64,000 bases of DNA from an uncultured Verrucomicrobiae bacterium (GTDB lineage: Bacteria; Verrucomicrobiota; Verrucomicrobiia; Limisphaerales; Palsa-1400): NCBI GenBank assembly GCA_963707025.1, contig CAVPOM010000003.1, positions 160,001 through 224,000 of the forward strand, given 5' to 3'. The notes under the pieces were generated by a model that was given only the letters and a program-made list of their open reading frames with translations, ran no database searches and was not told the DNA's origin. Of this stretch, positions 51,601 to 62,600 are shown piece by piece (position 1 is the first letter of the stretch; each line of letters begins with the position of its first letter). The translations under genes were made by a program, and so were the position numbers.

Positions 51601-52082
51601 TGGACAGGCAGGCGAAAACTGCGCTATCTGCCCCGTTTGGCGGTTGGTCAGCTCAGCGCGGCCAAATCGCTTGAGCGGGCGGGCTTCCCCCAAGGCCCCC
51701 GCTGCGTTTGCAGCCGCCGGCTGGCTGGATGGGATGGGCGGTGGTTTGGACTGGATCGGCCCTGGCGGCCAGGCCGGTTCCTGGCGTGTTGGCCCCCCCC
51801 TTCCTCAAGGGGGATGCGCTTTGTTCAATAAAACGGAAGTTTTCTCTTGCATATTGGAATCGAATATGGTGAAGTCGTCAGAAGTGTCAGGAAAGATGCG
51901 TGAGACCACTGGGTCTATTCGTGAATTTGAATGGCACAACTCAGCAAAGCGGGTCATCCGATCCCACGGCACGAGGAATGGCCAAAGGCCCCCATTTTTG
52001 ATGGGTTTTTGTGGAATGGCCGCCGGATGGATGTGAAACCAAGTAAGACAGTAAAGCGTTCGAAACTAACTCGGAAAATCGT

Positions 52083-55000
52083 ATGAAAAAATTAAGCTTG
52101 CTTCAATTGGGGTGTGTGTTGGGAGTGTTCGCCGGCTCCGCCGCGTATTCGCAGGTCTTCAACATGCATAATATCAACCAGGGTTTCGCCAATTACGGCG
52201 GTTACAATGTGATGATGTTCGGCCAGGGCGCCTACAGCGATACCGGAAACAATATCTGGAATGGGTTCGATAATCCGGACAGCCCGGGCAGCACGGATTC
52301 CTATGGCAGCGGCCGTACTGATGACGCCCTTTTGCCTGGCAATCCGGGCAATCCGTATGCCCACTCCCGCAATGGATACTGGGCGCCCAACAACGGGGCT
52401 GCCACCACCCCGGTTTTGTTTGCGCCGGCCAACTTTACCAGCACCAGCGCCGGCAACGCCTACTCCAGCGGCACCCTTTCCCCCATCACCGTGCCCGTGC
52501 TCATCCGCGGCTTTGACAGCGGAACCGCGCTGGCTACTGCCGACAGGACAAACCCGGAATGGATTTTTTCCGAAGCCACCTGTGTGAACGCGGCCAATCC
52601 GGGCCAGCCAATCATTCCCGGTGTTCCTTTGGGCGTGGTTGTGCTCAGCAATGTTCCGGCGGGCACCTATTCCCTGTATCTTTACGGCGCGAACTATGAC
52701 GGCACGCGCGGCGCCAACTTTGTCGTCACCAACGCCGGCAGCACGCCGTTAAACGGATTGACCACGGCGATGAATCCCAACGCCGCCGCCGGCAGCGGTC
52801 CGCTCAACACCTACGTCCTGGGACAGGACTACGTGGAGTACGACAACGTGGTGCCGGATGCTCATGGCGTGGTCGGATTCACCTGGGGCGCCATCAGCAA
52901 TGTCAACAGCACTCTGACGGGGGAGGGTGACTTCAACGGACTGCAACTGGTCAAGGATACGGCTGTTCTCGCGCCGCCGTCCTTTGCGCAACAGCCGTTC
53001 AACTCGACTTTTGGCGGAGGCACCACCGCGACATTGTTTGCCGACGCCAGGGGCAACCCCGCGCCGGCCGTGGAATGGTGGAAGACAAATGCCGATACCA
53101 CCGTTTCAGATACCGGCCAGAGCGGCGCCACGCTGACTTTCGCCAATTTTGCAGCCGGCAACGCCGGTAGTTATTTTGCGGTGGCGCAGAACACCGGCGG
53201 CACAGCCACCAGCGCTGCTGCGTTGCTCAGTATTTCGACCATCCCCACCATCGCTTTGCAATCTCCCGGCGCCACTGAGACCCTCGTTGCCGGCCAGAGC
53301 CTCACACTTGCGGTGTCAGCCACAGGCCCTTCGCCCACCTATAACTGGTACTCCAATGGTGTCCAGGTGGCGACCACATCCGGCACCCCAACCGTGGTCA
53401 ACAACGGGACTACCGTTGATTATAGTGCGACGCGCAGTTCTGCAACCATAGGCCCCTTCGCAGCGAGCTGCACGCTGCTTTGCACCGTCGTCAACTCCTA
53501 CAGCCCCTCGGGAGTGAGCGATACTGCCACCGCACTGACCGTGATTCCGCAACTCACCGGCACCTATGACACCTTTATTCTTGGCCTAAACCCTGTCGCC
53601 TACTGGCCGCTCAATGAGAGCAGCGGAACGGTTGCCTACAATTATTCCATCAGCGGCGGCCCCGCCTTGGACGGGACCGTCCAGGAGTTCGCCAACGCCC
53701 CGAACGTGCTGGCCGTTCCCGGCCCGGCCCTTTTCGGCTTTTCCGGGGCCAACACCGGCGTTTCCGTCGGCCTCCTCAATGCCGGCGCCGGCAATGACCT
53801 GGTCGCCGCAAATTATTGTGGCACGATGAACGTCGCCGGGGGCGAAGCGGGCACTGGAATTCTGGTGACCAACAGCGCCCTGGAACTGACCGGCAATTTT
53901 ACCGTGGTCACATGGGCTCTGATACCCACGGGTCTGGTCTTGAATAATCAAGGATACCTGTTTGGCCAGCAGAACAGCGCCAACGGCAATGCGGTTTTCC
54001 TGGGCCAGAATGGCAACCAGAACTGGAGCACGGTGAACAGCACCACCTTGAACGGCGGTCCGACTTACGCCGACGGCAACTGGCACTTGTGGGTTTATAT
54101 TAATAATGGCCATCATGGCAGCAATTATATTGACAACGTTTTGGTGGAGAGCGGAAGTTATCGCGCCAATGCGTCCTACAACGGCCTCCCCGTCACCACC
54201 ATTGGCTCGGATTCTCCCGGCGGTTACACCCGGAATTGGAACGGCGACCTCTGCCGCATGGCGGTTTTCAACACCGCGTTCACGGCGGACCAGGTGGCCG
54301 CTCTGTATAACGGCTCCGGCATCCAGCCGATCATCACCGTCAATCCGCCCGTCCTCGTCGTTGCCAACGCCGGCACCGCCGCCGCCTTGGGCATTGTCAA
54401 CGCCGTCGGAAGCACGCCCTTGACTTATCAATGGTATGTTCTCCCGGCCGGAGGCGGTGGACCCACCGCTTTGGCCAATGGCGGACGCATTTCAGGTGCC
54501 ACAGGAACGACCGGCACCAACCTGGTCATCAACCCGGTGGAGGCAACGGATGCGGGGACTTATTACGTGACGGTCGCCAACGGCTTCGGCACGCCCCCCA
54601 CGAGCACATCGGTTGCGCTGGAGATTCCTACCGCGGTCACTGCGGATGTTTACGCGGGCGCGAGTCCCACCTTCACCGTCGCGCCGGGCGCCGCTTCTTA
54701 TCAGTGGAGCAGCAACGGAGTGCCGGTCATCGGCGCGACCGGCAGCACTTTCACCCTGGCCAGCGTGACGGTGGCCCAATCTCCCGTGACGGTGTCTTGT
54801 TTGATTAACGGCACCATCAGCAGCGCCACTTATACGGTGAATATCGCCCCCGCGCCGACCGACTTGTATCCTCTCGCGGTGCTGGCGGACCATCCCATCG
54901 CCTACTTCCGTCTGGATGAGGCCGATAATGGAACCGGCAACAACGGGCTGCCTGCGTTTGATCGTATCAGCGGCAACAATGGCATTTACAGCAACGCCAC

Positions 55001-57182
55001 CCTCGGCGCGACGGGCTACCCCATTGACGGCGGCCTGACTGTCAACAGCGACGGGGCGGCCCAATTTGGCTCGCTGGCCACCTCCGACAGCTTTGCCGCG
55101 TTCATTCCGAATATAGACTTCGGGCTGGCGGCCAGCAATTCCCCGGCCCAACTCGGCAACGGGGAGTTCTCGGTGGAGGCCTGGGTGATGGGAGTGCAAG
55201 GAGGCAACAGGGGCATCGTCACCAAGGGCTATGGCGGCGGCAACCAGACCTTGCCGCACGGCGAGCAGTTCTCGCTCCAGACCAGCGCCGGCGGCGGCAA
55301 TTTCGAGTTCCTCGTTAATGACGCAGCCGACGACACCGCCAACCTCACCTACGTCACCAGCGCCAACACCTTGAGCAACGATTTCGTCACGCCGCTCTGG
55401 TACCATCTGGTCGGCGTCTGTGACCAGACCAATGGCTACATTTATCTCTATAAAAACGGTTTGCTGGCCGGCAAATCCGCCCTGCCCCCCGGCAAAGGGA
55501 TCTTAAGCGCGCCGACCACGCCGTTAAGCATCGGCGCCAAGCAGGTGCATGATACCTCGGGCAATTACACCGGCCAGTGGATTGGAACGGTTGATGAAGT
55601 GGCCATTTACAACAAGGCCCTGACCTCCAACCAGGTGCTCAATCACTATTTTGCCGCCGGGATTGTCCCCATATTCCTGGTGCAACCGACCAACGATCCC
55701 AACATCGGCAGTTCCGGCAGTACCAACGCGGGTCTGGGATCGAGCGTGACGCTGACCGCGCTGGGCTACGGCAGCCCGGCCTTGCATTACCAATGGTATG
55801 ATCACAACGGCGGGGCCGCTCCCATTGCGGTGAATTCGGCGCAGGAACCGGGGAACATCGGGGCCACCACGCCGACGCTCACGCTCAAGAACGTCAGCAG
55901 CATCGCCGCCGGCGGCACTGTCAACACCATCGGGAGCGGGGTGTTTGAAGTGGTCGTGAGCAATCCCTATGGCGCTGTCACCAGTGCCATCGTGACAATC
56001 ACCCCTGTTTCCGGCCCGCCCTCCATCAGCCCGGATCTGCCTGCCACCAACTACGCGCTGATTGGCGGTTCCGCTGTTTTCGCCGTGGGCCAGAACGGGG
56101 AATTCCCACAAACCAATGCCTGGTACTACAACAACGGGGGCGGCGCCGTCAAGCTCACGGACGGGGGCCGCATCAGCGGCTCCACGACCGGCGCGTTGAC
56201 GATTGCCAACGTGACGCTGGCCGACGAGGGCACTTATCAGCTCTTTGTCACCAATTCCATATCGTATCCGTTTGGAGTGTCGAGTTCTCCTTCAACGCTG
56301 TTGGTTGTACTGGAGCCGGCCTTCAACGGCGGCTCCGGCTGGACGCTGAATGCCACGGCGGGGGAGACTTTATTGCCTTCCATCTCCGGCGACGTGCTGG
56401 AACTTACGCAAAACACCGGCGGCCAGGCCAACAGTTTCTTCTTCGATACTCCGATGTATTGCGGCGCCTTTAAGGCTTCGTTCACCTACCAGGATGTCAC
56501 CCGCGCCGGGGCGGATGGATTTAGCTTCTGCCTGCAAAATGACCCGGCAGGGACGGCTGCTCTCGGCCAGGGCGGCGGCGAAATCGGGTACGGGGGCGCT
56601 GAGACCGGGACCTTACCCTACATCACGAACAGCGTCGCCGTGGGATTCGACATCTACAATGGCCACACCATCGGCTGCGAGCTCTTGACCGGGGGAAATC
56701 AGACTTATGCCTATGGTTCTGTGCAACCTGTAGGCCTCACCAGTGGCGATCTGATCAACATCGGCCTCAACTATGATGGAAATACCATCACCGTGTCATT
56801 TGCGGATCCGACCGCAAGTACTTCCTACGTCACCAACTACGTGATCGGCCCGATTGCCCAATATGTGGGCGCCAATACCGCCCTGGTCGGATTCACGGGC
56901 GCCACCGGGGGAGTCGAGGCTCAGCAAAATATCTCCGCGTTCACCTACACCCCGATTCCGATCATGTCGGCGGCCATCAGCGGCAACAACGCGGTCATCA
57001 CCTGGCCGACGGCCATAGGCGGTTATGTCCTGCAATCCACCCACGCATTGCCCGCAGGACAAACGGGACCGGGAGCATGGGCAACCGTGCCGGCCAGTTC
57101 TTATAGTATCGTCAACGGCAATTACCAGTTCACCGTGCCAACGTCCAATGGCACCACCTACTACCAGTTGTTCCTGCCATAA
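52083..57182 (+). CDS. Giant secreted paralog with a distinct N-terminus and shared LamG/Ig/L-lectin C-terminal region
   Basis: Signal peptide; the C-terminal roughly 870 aa are nearly identical to 47112-51485; the N-terminal beta-rich domain is different. Confidence 0.88.
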   Translation: MKKLSLLQLGCVLGVFAGSAAYSQVFNMHNINQGFANYGGYNVMMFGQGAYSDTGNNIWNGFDNPDSPGSTDSYGSGRTDDALLPGNPGNPYAHSRNGYWAPNNGAATTPVLFAPANFTSTSAGNAYSSGTLSPITVPVLIRGFDSGTALATADRTNPEWIFSEATCVNAANPGQPIIPGVPLGVVVLSNVPAGTYSLYLYGANYDGTRGANFVVTNAGSTPLNGLTTAMNPNAAAGSGPLNTYVLGQDYVEYDNVVPDAHGVVGFTWGAISNVNSTLTGEGDFNGLQLVKDTAVLAPPSFAQQPFNSTFGGGTTATLFADARGNPAPAVEWWKTNADTTVSDTGQSGATLTFANFAAGNAGSYFAVAQNTGGTATSAAALLSISTIPTIALQSPGATETLVAGQSLTLAVSATGPSPTYNWYSNGVQVATTSGTPTVVNNGTTVDYSATRSSATIGPFAASCTLLCTVVNSYSPSGVSDTATALTVIPQLTGTYDTFILGLNPVAYWPLNESSGTVAYNYSISGGPALDGTVQEFANAPNVLAVPGPALFGFSGANTGVSVGLLNAGAGNDLVAANYCGTMNVAGGEAGTGILVTNSALELTGNFTVVTWALIPTGLVLNNQGYLFGQQNSANGNAVFLGQNGNQNWSTVNSTTLNGGPTYADGNWHLWVYINNGHHGSNYIDNVLVESGSYRANASYNGLPVTTIGSDSPGGYTRNWNGDLCRMAVFNTAFTADQVAALYNGSGIQPIITVNPPVLVVANAGTAAALGIVNAVGSTPLTYQWYVLPAGGGGPTALANGGRISGATGTTGTNLVINPVEATDAGTYYVTVANGFGTPPTSTSVALEIPTAVTADVYAGASPTFTVAPGAASYQWSSNGVPVIGATGSTFTLASVTVAQSPVTVSCLINGTISSATYTVNIAPAPTDLYPLAVLADHPIAYFRLDEADNGTGNNGLPAFDRISGNNGIYSNATLGATGYPIDGGLTVNSDGAAQFGSLATSDSFAAFIPNIDFGLAASNSPAQLGNGEFSVEAWVMGVQGGNRGIVTKGYGGGNQTLPHGEQFSLQTSAGGGNFEFLVNDAADDTANLTYVTSANTLSNDFVTPLWYHLVGVCDQTNGYIYLYKNGLLAGKSALPPGKGILSAPTTPLSIGAKQVHDTSGNYTGQWIGTVDEVAIYNKALTSNQVLNHYFAAGIVPIFLVQPTNDPNIGSSGSTNAGLGSSVTLTALGYGSPALHYQWYDHNGGAAPIAVNSAQEPGNIGATTPTLTLKNVSSIAAGGTVNTIGSGVFEVVVSNPYGAVTSAIVTITPVSGPPSISPDLPATNYALIGGSAVFAVGQNGEFPQTNAWYYNNGGGAVKLTDGGRISGSTTGALTIANVTLADEGTYQLFVTNSISYPFGVSSSPSTLLVVLEPAFNGGSGWTLNATAGETLLPSISGDVLELTQNTGGQANSFFFDTPMYCGAFKASFTYQDVTRAGADGFSFCLQNDPAGTAALGQGGGEIGYGGAETGTLPYITNSVAVGFDIYNGHTIGCELLTGGNQTYAYGSVQPVGLTSGDLINIGLNYDGNTITVSFADPTASTSYVTNYVIGPIAQYVGANTALVGFTGATGGVEAQQNISAFTYTPIPIMSAAISGNNAVITWPTAIGGYVLQSTHALPAGQTGPGAWATVPASSYSIVNGNYQFTVPTSNGTTYYQLFLP

Positions 57183-57446
57183 AAAGGCGGGTTAACCGGG
57201 ATGCCAATACCATAAGCATCCCGTAAGAATAAAGAATACAGGCGGCGGCTGGGAAGAAATTCCCGGCCGCTGTTTTTTGAGGCGTGACCTGAGGCCGGAC
57301 AGAAGTGCTAAAACCGCGTCTTATGGCCCATCAGGCGGTTTGCCCAATCTGGCATGGCATAAGCCTTGCTGTGGCGTAATGGCCTTCAACATGGCGCAAC
57401 TCCGCGGCTGAATGCAATCTCAATGGTCTGCGCGACGCGACAGTAT

Positions 57447-57571
57447 TTATCGCCTGTCAAATAGCCGCCAGAGCAAGTCGCTGGCCTTGCGCGCGGAGAT
57501 TCGGATGCGCAGGATTTTTCGCGCAAACCCTCCCCTGGCATTGTTGTCCTCCATGAAGGCGGACAACTCAT
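57447..57571 (-). pseudogene. 3' fragment duplicating the hypothetical gene at 61695-62045
   Basis: ELSAFMEDNNARGGFARKILRIRISARKASDLLWRLFDRR versus ELSAFMEDNNAKGGFARKMLRLRISAPKARHLVWQLFDRG. Confidence 0.8.
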
Positions 57572-57595
57572 AAACGGCTTGAAAGGGCGCAATCA

Positions 57596-58060
57596 TCATC
57601 GTCCACCCGGCGCGCTTGGCGCACGGACAGAGACAAACTGGTTGCTCTCCAACCACCAGGCTTTGAGCCGCCGGGCAAACTCGCAAAGTTGCTCGAATTG
57701 CGAAGGTTTGATCACAACGGAATTGGCCCCGAGTTGATAGGCGCGTCTGGCGTCACTCTCGTTCGGTGATGAGGTCAGGAGGATCACCACCACCGTCCGG
57801 AGGGCGTCTTGCCCGCGAATCCACTTCAAAACCTCCAGCCCGTCTTTCTTCCGAAGTTTCAGGTCGAGCAAAACCAGCCCGGGCAGTGGATATTGCTTGC
57901 GGTCGGCAAAAGGTCCTGTGCCGGCCAGGCAAGCCATGGCCATCTGTCCGTCGGTGGCGACCTGCAGGGGGTTGGTGACAGCCTCGCGCTTAAAGACGCT
58001 TTGAAGCAGAAAGATGTCGGTATCCTCATCCTCGACAAACAAAATGCAGGTGTTGGACAT
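57596..58060 (-). CDS. Single-domain response regulator (Rcp1-like)
   Basis: FVEDEDTD, LLDLKL, LTSS and GANSVVIKP motifs. Confidence 0.93.
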   Translation of the reverse strand: MSNTCILFVEDEDTDIFLLQSVFKREAVTNPLQVATDGQMAMACLAGTGPFADRKQYPLPGLVLLDLKLRKKDGLEVLKWIRGQDALRTVVVILLTSSPNESDARRAYQLGANSVVIKPSQFEQLCEFARRLKAWWLESNQFVSVRAPSAPGGR

Positions 58061-58090
58061 GATCTGGCGGAGGTTTGATTATGATGAAAC

Positions 58091-61079
58091 TTAACGCTGG
58101 GCTGCGGAGTGCGCGGCGCTCGGGACGGGCGCGTCAGACGGGCGCGCCGGGGTCATGCTGTGTCCCGGCTCGGCGTTTGATTCCCGGGCCTCACCCGCAT
58201 TTGGCAACTCAATCCAGAACCTGCTTCCCTGTCCGGGTTCGGACTCCAAGCCCACCCGTCCTCCCATCCGCTCGGCGGCCTTGCGCACAATGGCCAAGCC
58301 GACGCCGGTGCCGGGGTATTCGACCTCGCGGTGCATCCGTTGGAACATGCGGAATATCTTCTCTTGAGCGTCTTTTGGAATCCCGATGCCGTTGTCTTCT
58401 ATCCAGATGCGGACAAAACGCGTGGCGGCTGGGGTTTGAGGGTTCTGGGAAGCCGCCGCAGGGGATTGGTCCGGCTTGTTGCTCTTTGCGACATCTCGCT
58501 GGCCCAGCGTTTCAGCCCAGAGGCGGATGCGGGGCTTGACGCCGGGGGCGACGAACTTGGCGGCGTTTCCCAACAGGTTGCCCAAGCACTGCGTCAGCAG
58601 CGACTCATTCCCCAGCACAGCCAGGTCGTTGAACTCGATGTTGATGTCGGCGGCCGACGGTTGCAGGTTCGGATAGGTTTCAATCATGCCGCGCAGCAGA
58701 CTGCGGACCTCCACGGCCGTGAGGGGCAACTCTTCACCCACTACCCGGTTGTAATTGAGCGCGTCGGTAATCAACCGGTCCAGGCGATTGGCGGAAACCC
58801 GGATGCGCCGGATATAGTCCAGGCCCGGTGGCCGCGAGCAATCGGTAGATTCCTGCTCGATCATCGTGGCGATGCTCTGCATGGCCCGGAGCGGGGCGCG
58901 CATGTCGTGAACCATGCTGTAGGACATGTGCTGCAGTTCGGTCATGGCCTCCCTCAGCCTGGCAGTCCGCACCTCCACCAACTGCTCCAAAACCTCCTTG
59001 CTCTCCGCCAACAGATGGCGCGCCCGCACAATCTCCCCGATGTCGCGCAAAATCTTGGAGGCCCCAACCATCCGGCCCCGGCTGTCCTTTACCGGCGAAA
59101 TCGTCACCGACACGTCCAGCGGCTGCCCGCCCTTGGCCAAGCGCATGGTTTCGTAGTGCTCCACGGTTTCCCCGCGCTTGAGCCGTTCCAGCACCTCGTT
59201 CTCCTCGTCCAGTCGTTCCGGCGGGATGAGGAGGGGCAACGTCCGGCCAACCACCTCCCGGGCTTTGTAACCAAACATCCGTTCCGCCCCCGCATTCCAG
59301 GTCCGGATCTTGCCGTCCAATGCGATCGAAAGAATGGCGTCATCGGACCACTCGACGATGGCCGCCAGAAGGTCCTGCGCCTCCTCCGCCTGTTTGCGCC
59401 GCGTCATGTCGGTCTCCACCGCCACCCAACCATCTACCAGGCCGGCGGCATCATAAGTGGGGGTGTAAACCGCGCTGATCCAGACCACGCCGACCCCCGC
59501 GAAATGCACCTCGGCCTCCCATTCAACCCTTCGTCCACGGAGGACCTCCTCGATGTAGGGCCGCACCGCCTCGTAGCCCGACGGACCGATAACTTCAATG
59601 ATGGGATGGCCAGTTACCTCCTCGACCGCCCGGCCAAGCCACCGGGCATAGGCCCTATTCGCCCACACATACCGCCGGTCCCAACCGCAACGGGTGACGC
59701 CGACTGACATGGTGTCAGTTACCGTTTGCAACTGTGCCTGGGTCTGGCGGAGCGCCTGCTCGGCCTGGCCTCGCTCAATAAAGTCGGCCGCCTGGCGGGC
59801 GAGCAAATCCAGCAAACGCAAGTCCCGGGCACTGGGCTGATGCTTGGTGGGAAAGTGGGTGGAGAGCACTCCGACCAATTTGCCGGTGTGGGCCAACAGG
59901 GGAGTGCAGACCATCGCGCGCACCCCGGCGGCCAGGACGAGTTGGAGAGCGGCCGGCTCGGCGACGAAGAGGGGGCTGATCGTCACGTCTTCGACGACAA
60001 CGGCTTGTCGAGTCTCTGCGGCGGTGCCGCAGGCGGCGGACCCGGAGCGGATGTGGCTGAAATAATCAACAAAAGCCGGGTCGTATCCCCGTTGTATGGT
60101 GATGCCGAGTTCGCCCGTAGTGACGTTCATGATCTGGATGTGGCCTTTGGCGGCATTGGTGATGGCGAGTGCAGTGTCAAGAGCCAGGCCGAGCAAAACC
60201 TGGAGGTCAGCCTCGGAACCGAGGAAGCGGGTGCTCAGTGCATGGAGCCGATTCATGTCTGCCAAATCCGCCGCCAACTCCTTCCGGCTGCGGCGGAGAG
60301 CCTCGTCCAATTGTCTGCGCTCAGTGACGTCCTGCTTGATGGCAATGAACCGATTGATCGCACCGTCCGCGTCAGTCAGTGGAGTGATGGTCATATCCTC
60401 GGTGTAGAGGCTGCCGTTCTTGCGTTTGTTAACCACCTCGCCCTGCCAGACGCGGCCCGCCAGGATGGTCTCCCACATGTGCTTGTAGAAGGCGGGCTCT
60501 TCGTTGCCCGGCCTTCAGCAGGCGTGGATTCTGACCGAGCGCTTCGGCGGCCGTGTAGCCGGTCAGACGAGTGAAGGCCGGGTTGATCCATTGCATGGCG
60601 CCATCCCGATCGGTGATGATTATGGCGTTGGCGGCGGACTCCAGGGCGGCGGCCTGGATCCTCAATTGCTCCCCGCCAAGCTGGAGTTGGGTATTTTGAG
60701 CCTGGAGCCGCTGGTTGGCCGTGCGGAGCAGGCCACCGAGGATGCTGATGACAATATTGACGGCGATAAAAATAGTCAGGCCAACGACATCCTCAGAGGA
60801 GGGGACGGCCGGTTGTCCCCGGGGTTCTATGAAAAAGTAGGTGGCGGCCAGCGCCGTCAGGAGCGTGGCCAGCAAGCCGGGACCTCTGCCGCCGAACACG
60901 GCACTGAGGATGGTGACGGGGTAGAAGACGACGAAGGGGTGGAATTCGCCGACGGCCCTCCCGATCATCCAGCGCAAGAGAGCTGCCACGGCGGTGCCAG
61001 CCAGAGCCACCGCGTACCCCGCCCCTGACCCGGTTGGCGGGCCGGCGCTACGTGGTGCGGTTTGGCTTGCCGGTTCCAC
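58091..61079 (-). CDS. Sensor histidine kinase (DUF4118-like membrane domain, PAS, GAF, PAS, PAS, HisKA, HATPase), frameshift near 60500
   Basis: HDMRAPL, LGNAAKF, EDNGIGI and GTGVGL motifs. The first PAS domain is split between ORFs 60429-61079 (GQNPRLLKAG) and 58091-60478 (EPAFYKHMWETIL). Confidence 0.9.
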
Positions 61080-61263
61080 ATCAGGGCGGCTTGTGAATTA
61101 ATAAACTAATTCTTACAACTGAATTCGATACAATACCCCCTTCCCGCGGAATGTCAAAAATGGGTAAAAGAGGGTGGTGTATCAATTTGGATTTTGAAAG
61201 TTTTCCGCCAGGCGAAAAGGGGGACTTGACAGGGGTGCGATATTGGCCGCATCCAAACGACAC

Positions 61264-61542
61264 TCAATCCAGTGGGGAGTAGTCAAACTCAAGATGATTC
61301 ACAAATTCCGGGTGATGATGAGGGCAAACTTTCAAATGCCGAATCGAATAAACGCAGCCGTCTGACGTTTGCAACTTGGTTGCATGGCTTGGAAGCAAGT
61401 GAACGTCTTTTGGAACTTGAGGCCAAAACGTCCCAAAACCGTGCTCGGTGTGAAGGCGTGCTGTCCCGATGGAAAGAGGCCGGTTATCCCGATCCAGAAA
61501 AGTGGCCTGAAACTCGAAATGCGGATTGTCTTCATCCTTCAT
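61264..61542 (-). CDS. Small hypothetical protein
   Basis: 92-aa ATG-started ORF in a lower-GC interval; no motif recognised. Confidence 0.45.
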   Translation of the reverse strand: MKDEDNPHFEFQATFLDRDNRPLSIGTARLHTEHGFGTFWPQVPKDVHLLPSHATKLQTSDGCVYSIRHLKVCPHHHPEFVNHLEFDYSPLD

Positions 61543-61694
61543 ATTCGCTTAGTCACGCAGAATGGCCGAATCTGCCGGTTTAAGCAACATCTAAAAGTCC
61601 GACAAAACAGAATCTTCAACTGTCTCCACAGGGACAGAATTCATCGCCTGTCCAGACCATCCCGGAAAGCCCTGCGCTCGTTTGATCGCTTCGT

Positions 61695-62045
61695 TTACCC
61701 CCTGTCAAATAGCTGCCAGACCAAATGTCTGGCCTTCGGTGCGGAGATTCGGAGGCGCAGCATTTTTCGCGCAAAACCTCCCTTGGCATTGTTGTCCTCC
61801 ATGAAGGCGGACAACTCATTGATCGCGTCGCGCTTTCCCTGCGCCCTTCCCAAATACCGGATCAACATGAAATCCCGCTCAAAATAGCCGGGCCAGTTTT
61901 TGCGGATGAGGGGAGCCAGAAGGCGCGCGCGCCCATAGAGACACATGCGGAAGGCCCGCTCCTCATATTCCAACGGCCAGCAGTCGTAACGCTCGCAGAA
62001 ACGCGATTTCAGATCGCGAATTGGCGGGGAATCCGGCATGGTCAT
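61695..62045 (-). CDS. Hypothetical protein
   Basis: A partial paralog at 57447-57571 shows conservative amino-acid changes, which supports this reading frame. Confidence 0.7.
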   Translation of the reverse strand: MTMPDSPPIRDLKSRFCERYDCWPLEYEERAFRMCLYGRARLLAPLIRKNWPGYFERDFMLIRYLGRAQGKRDAINELSAFMEDNNAKGGFARKMLRLRISAPKARHLVWQLFDRG

Positions 62046-62088
62046 AACGCGGCGGCATCAATAAAGCACTCTCACAAAATAATCGTCC

Positions 62089-62391
62089 TTACCCCTCGTT
62101 TCCGGGTCCGCTTTCGGGCAGCTCACCCTCCGCCTTGACCATGGAGCCAAAGACCCGGCTGAACTCGCCCAGGCCCGTTGCAGGGATGATCACGCTATTG
62201 TACCGGCCACTGACCACTTCGGTTATGCGCAAAAACCGGCCCCGCGCATTTTCCCTTAAATTGAAAACGAAGGTCTTTCGTTCAATCACGATCTGCACGT
62301 TTTGCAGAGTGGTTTCCTCCATGCGCGCTTTGGCCGGATGTGAAATGAACGCCGGACCACGGTACGGCGATGGGAGCTCGTTCGAGATCAT
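62089..62391 (-). CDS. PUR family ssDNA/RNA-binding protein
   Basis: IERKTFVFNLRENARGRFLRITE...SVIIP is a PUR repeat signature. Confidence 0.85.
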   Translation of the reverse strand: MISNELPSPYRGPAFISHPAKARMEETTLQNVQIVIERKTFVFNLRENARGRFLRITEVVSGRYNSVIIPATGLGEFSRVFGSMVKAEGELPESGPGNEG

Positions 62392-62600
62392 GTCGCTGCT
62401 CGTTTTTTGCTGCGGTGAAATTCGAGAAAAACCTGGCACGATATGGTCTGCGAATGCAAGACAATTCGGCCCACCAAAAGCAGCCAGCCCCGCCCCGCAG
62501 TTGGAAAATGGCATCAAGTTTAGAAACAGGTTCAGCCGGACATCTCAAACCGCATGGCGATTTAACTGGTTTAATCGCAAGTTAAGGCGCAGGATTAACC

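Noticed and set aside
48864..57296. Diversity-generating retroelement template/variable repeat pair
   Set aside because: Differences involve all four bases, both copies are coding, and no reverse transcriptase is in the window.
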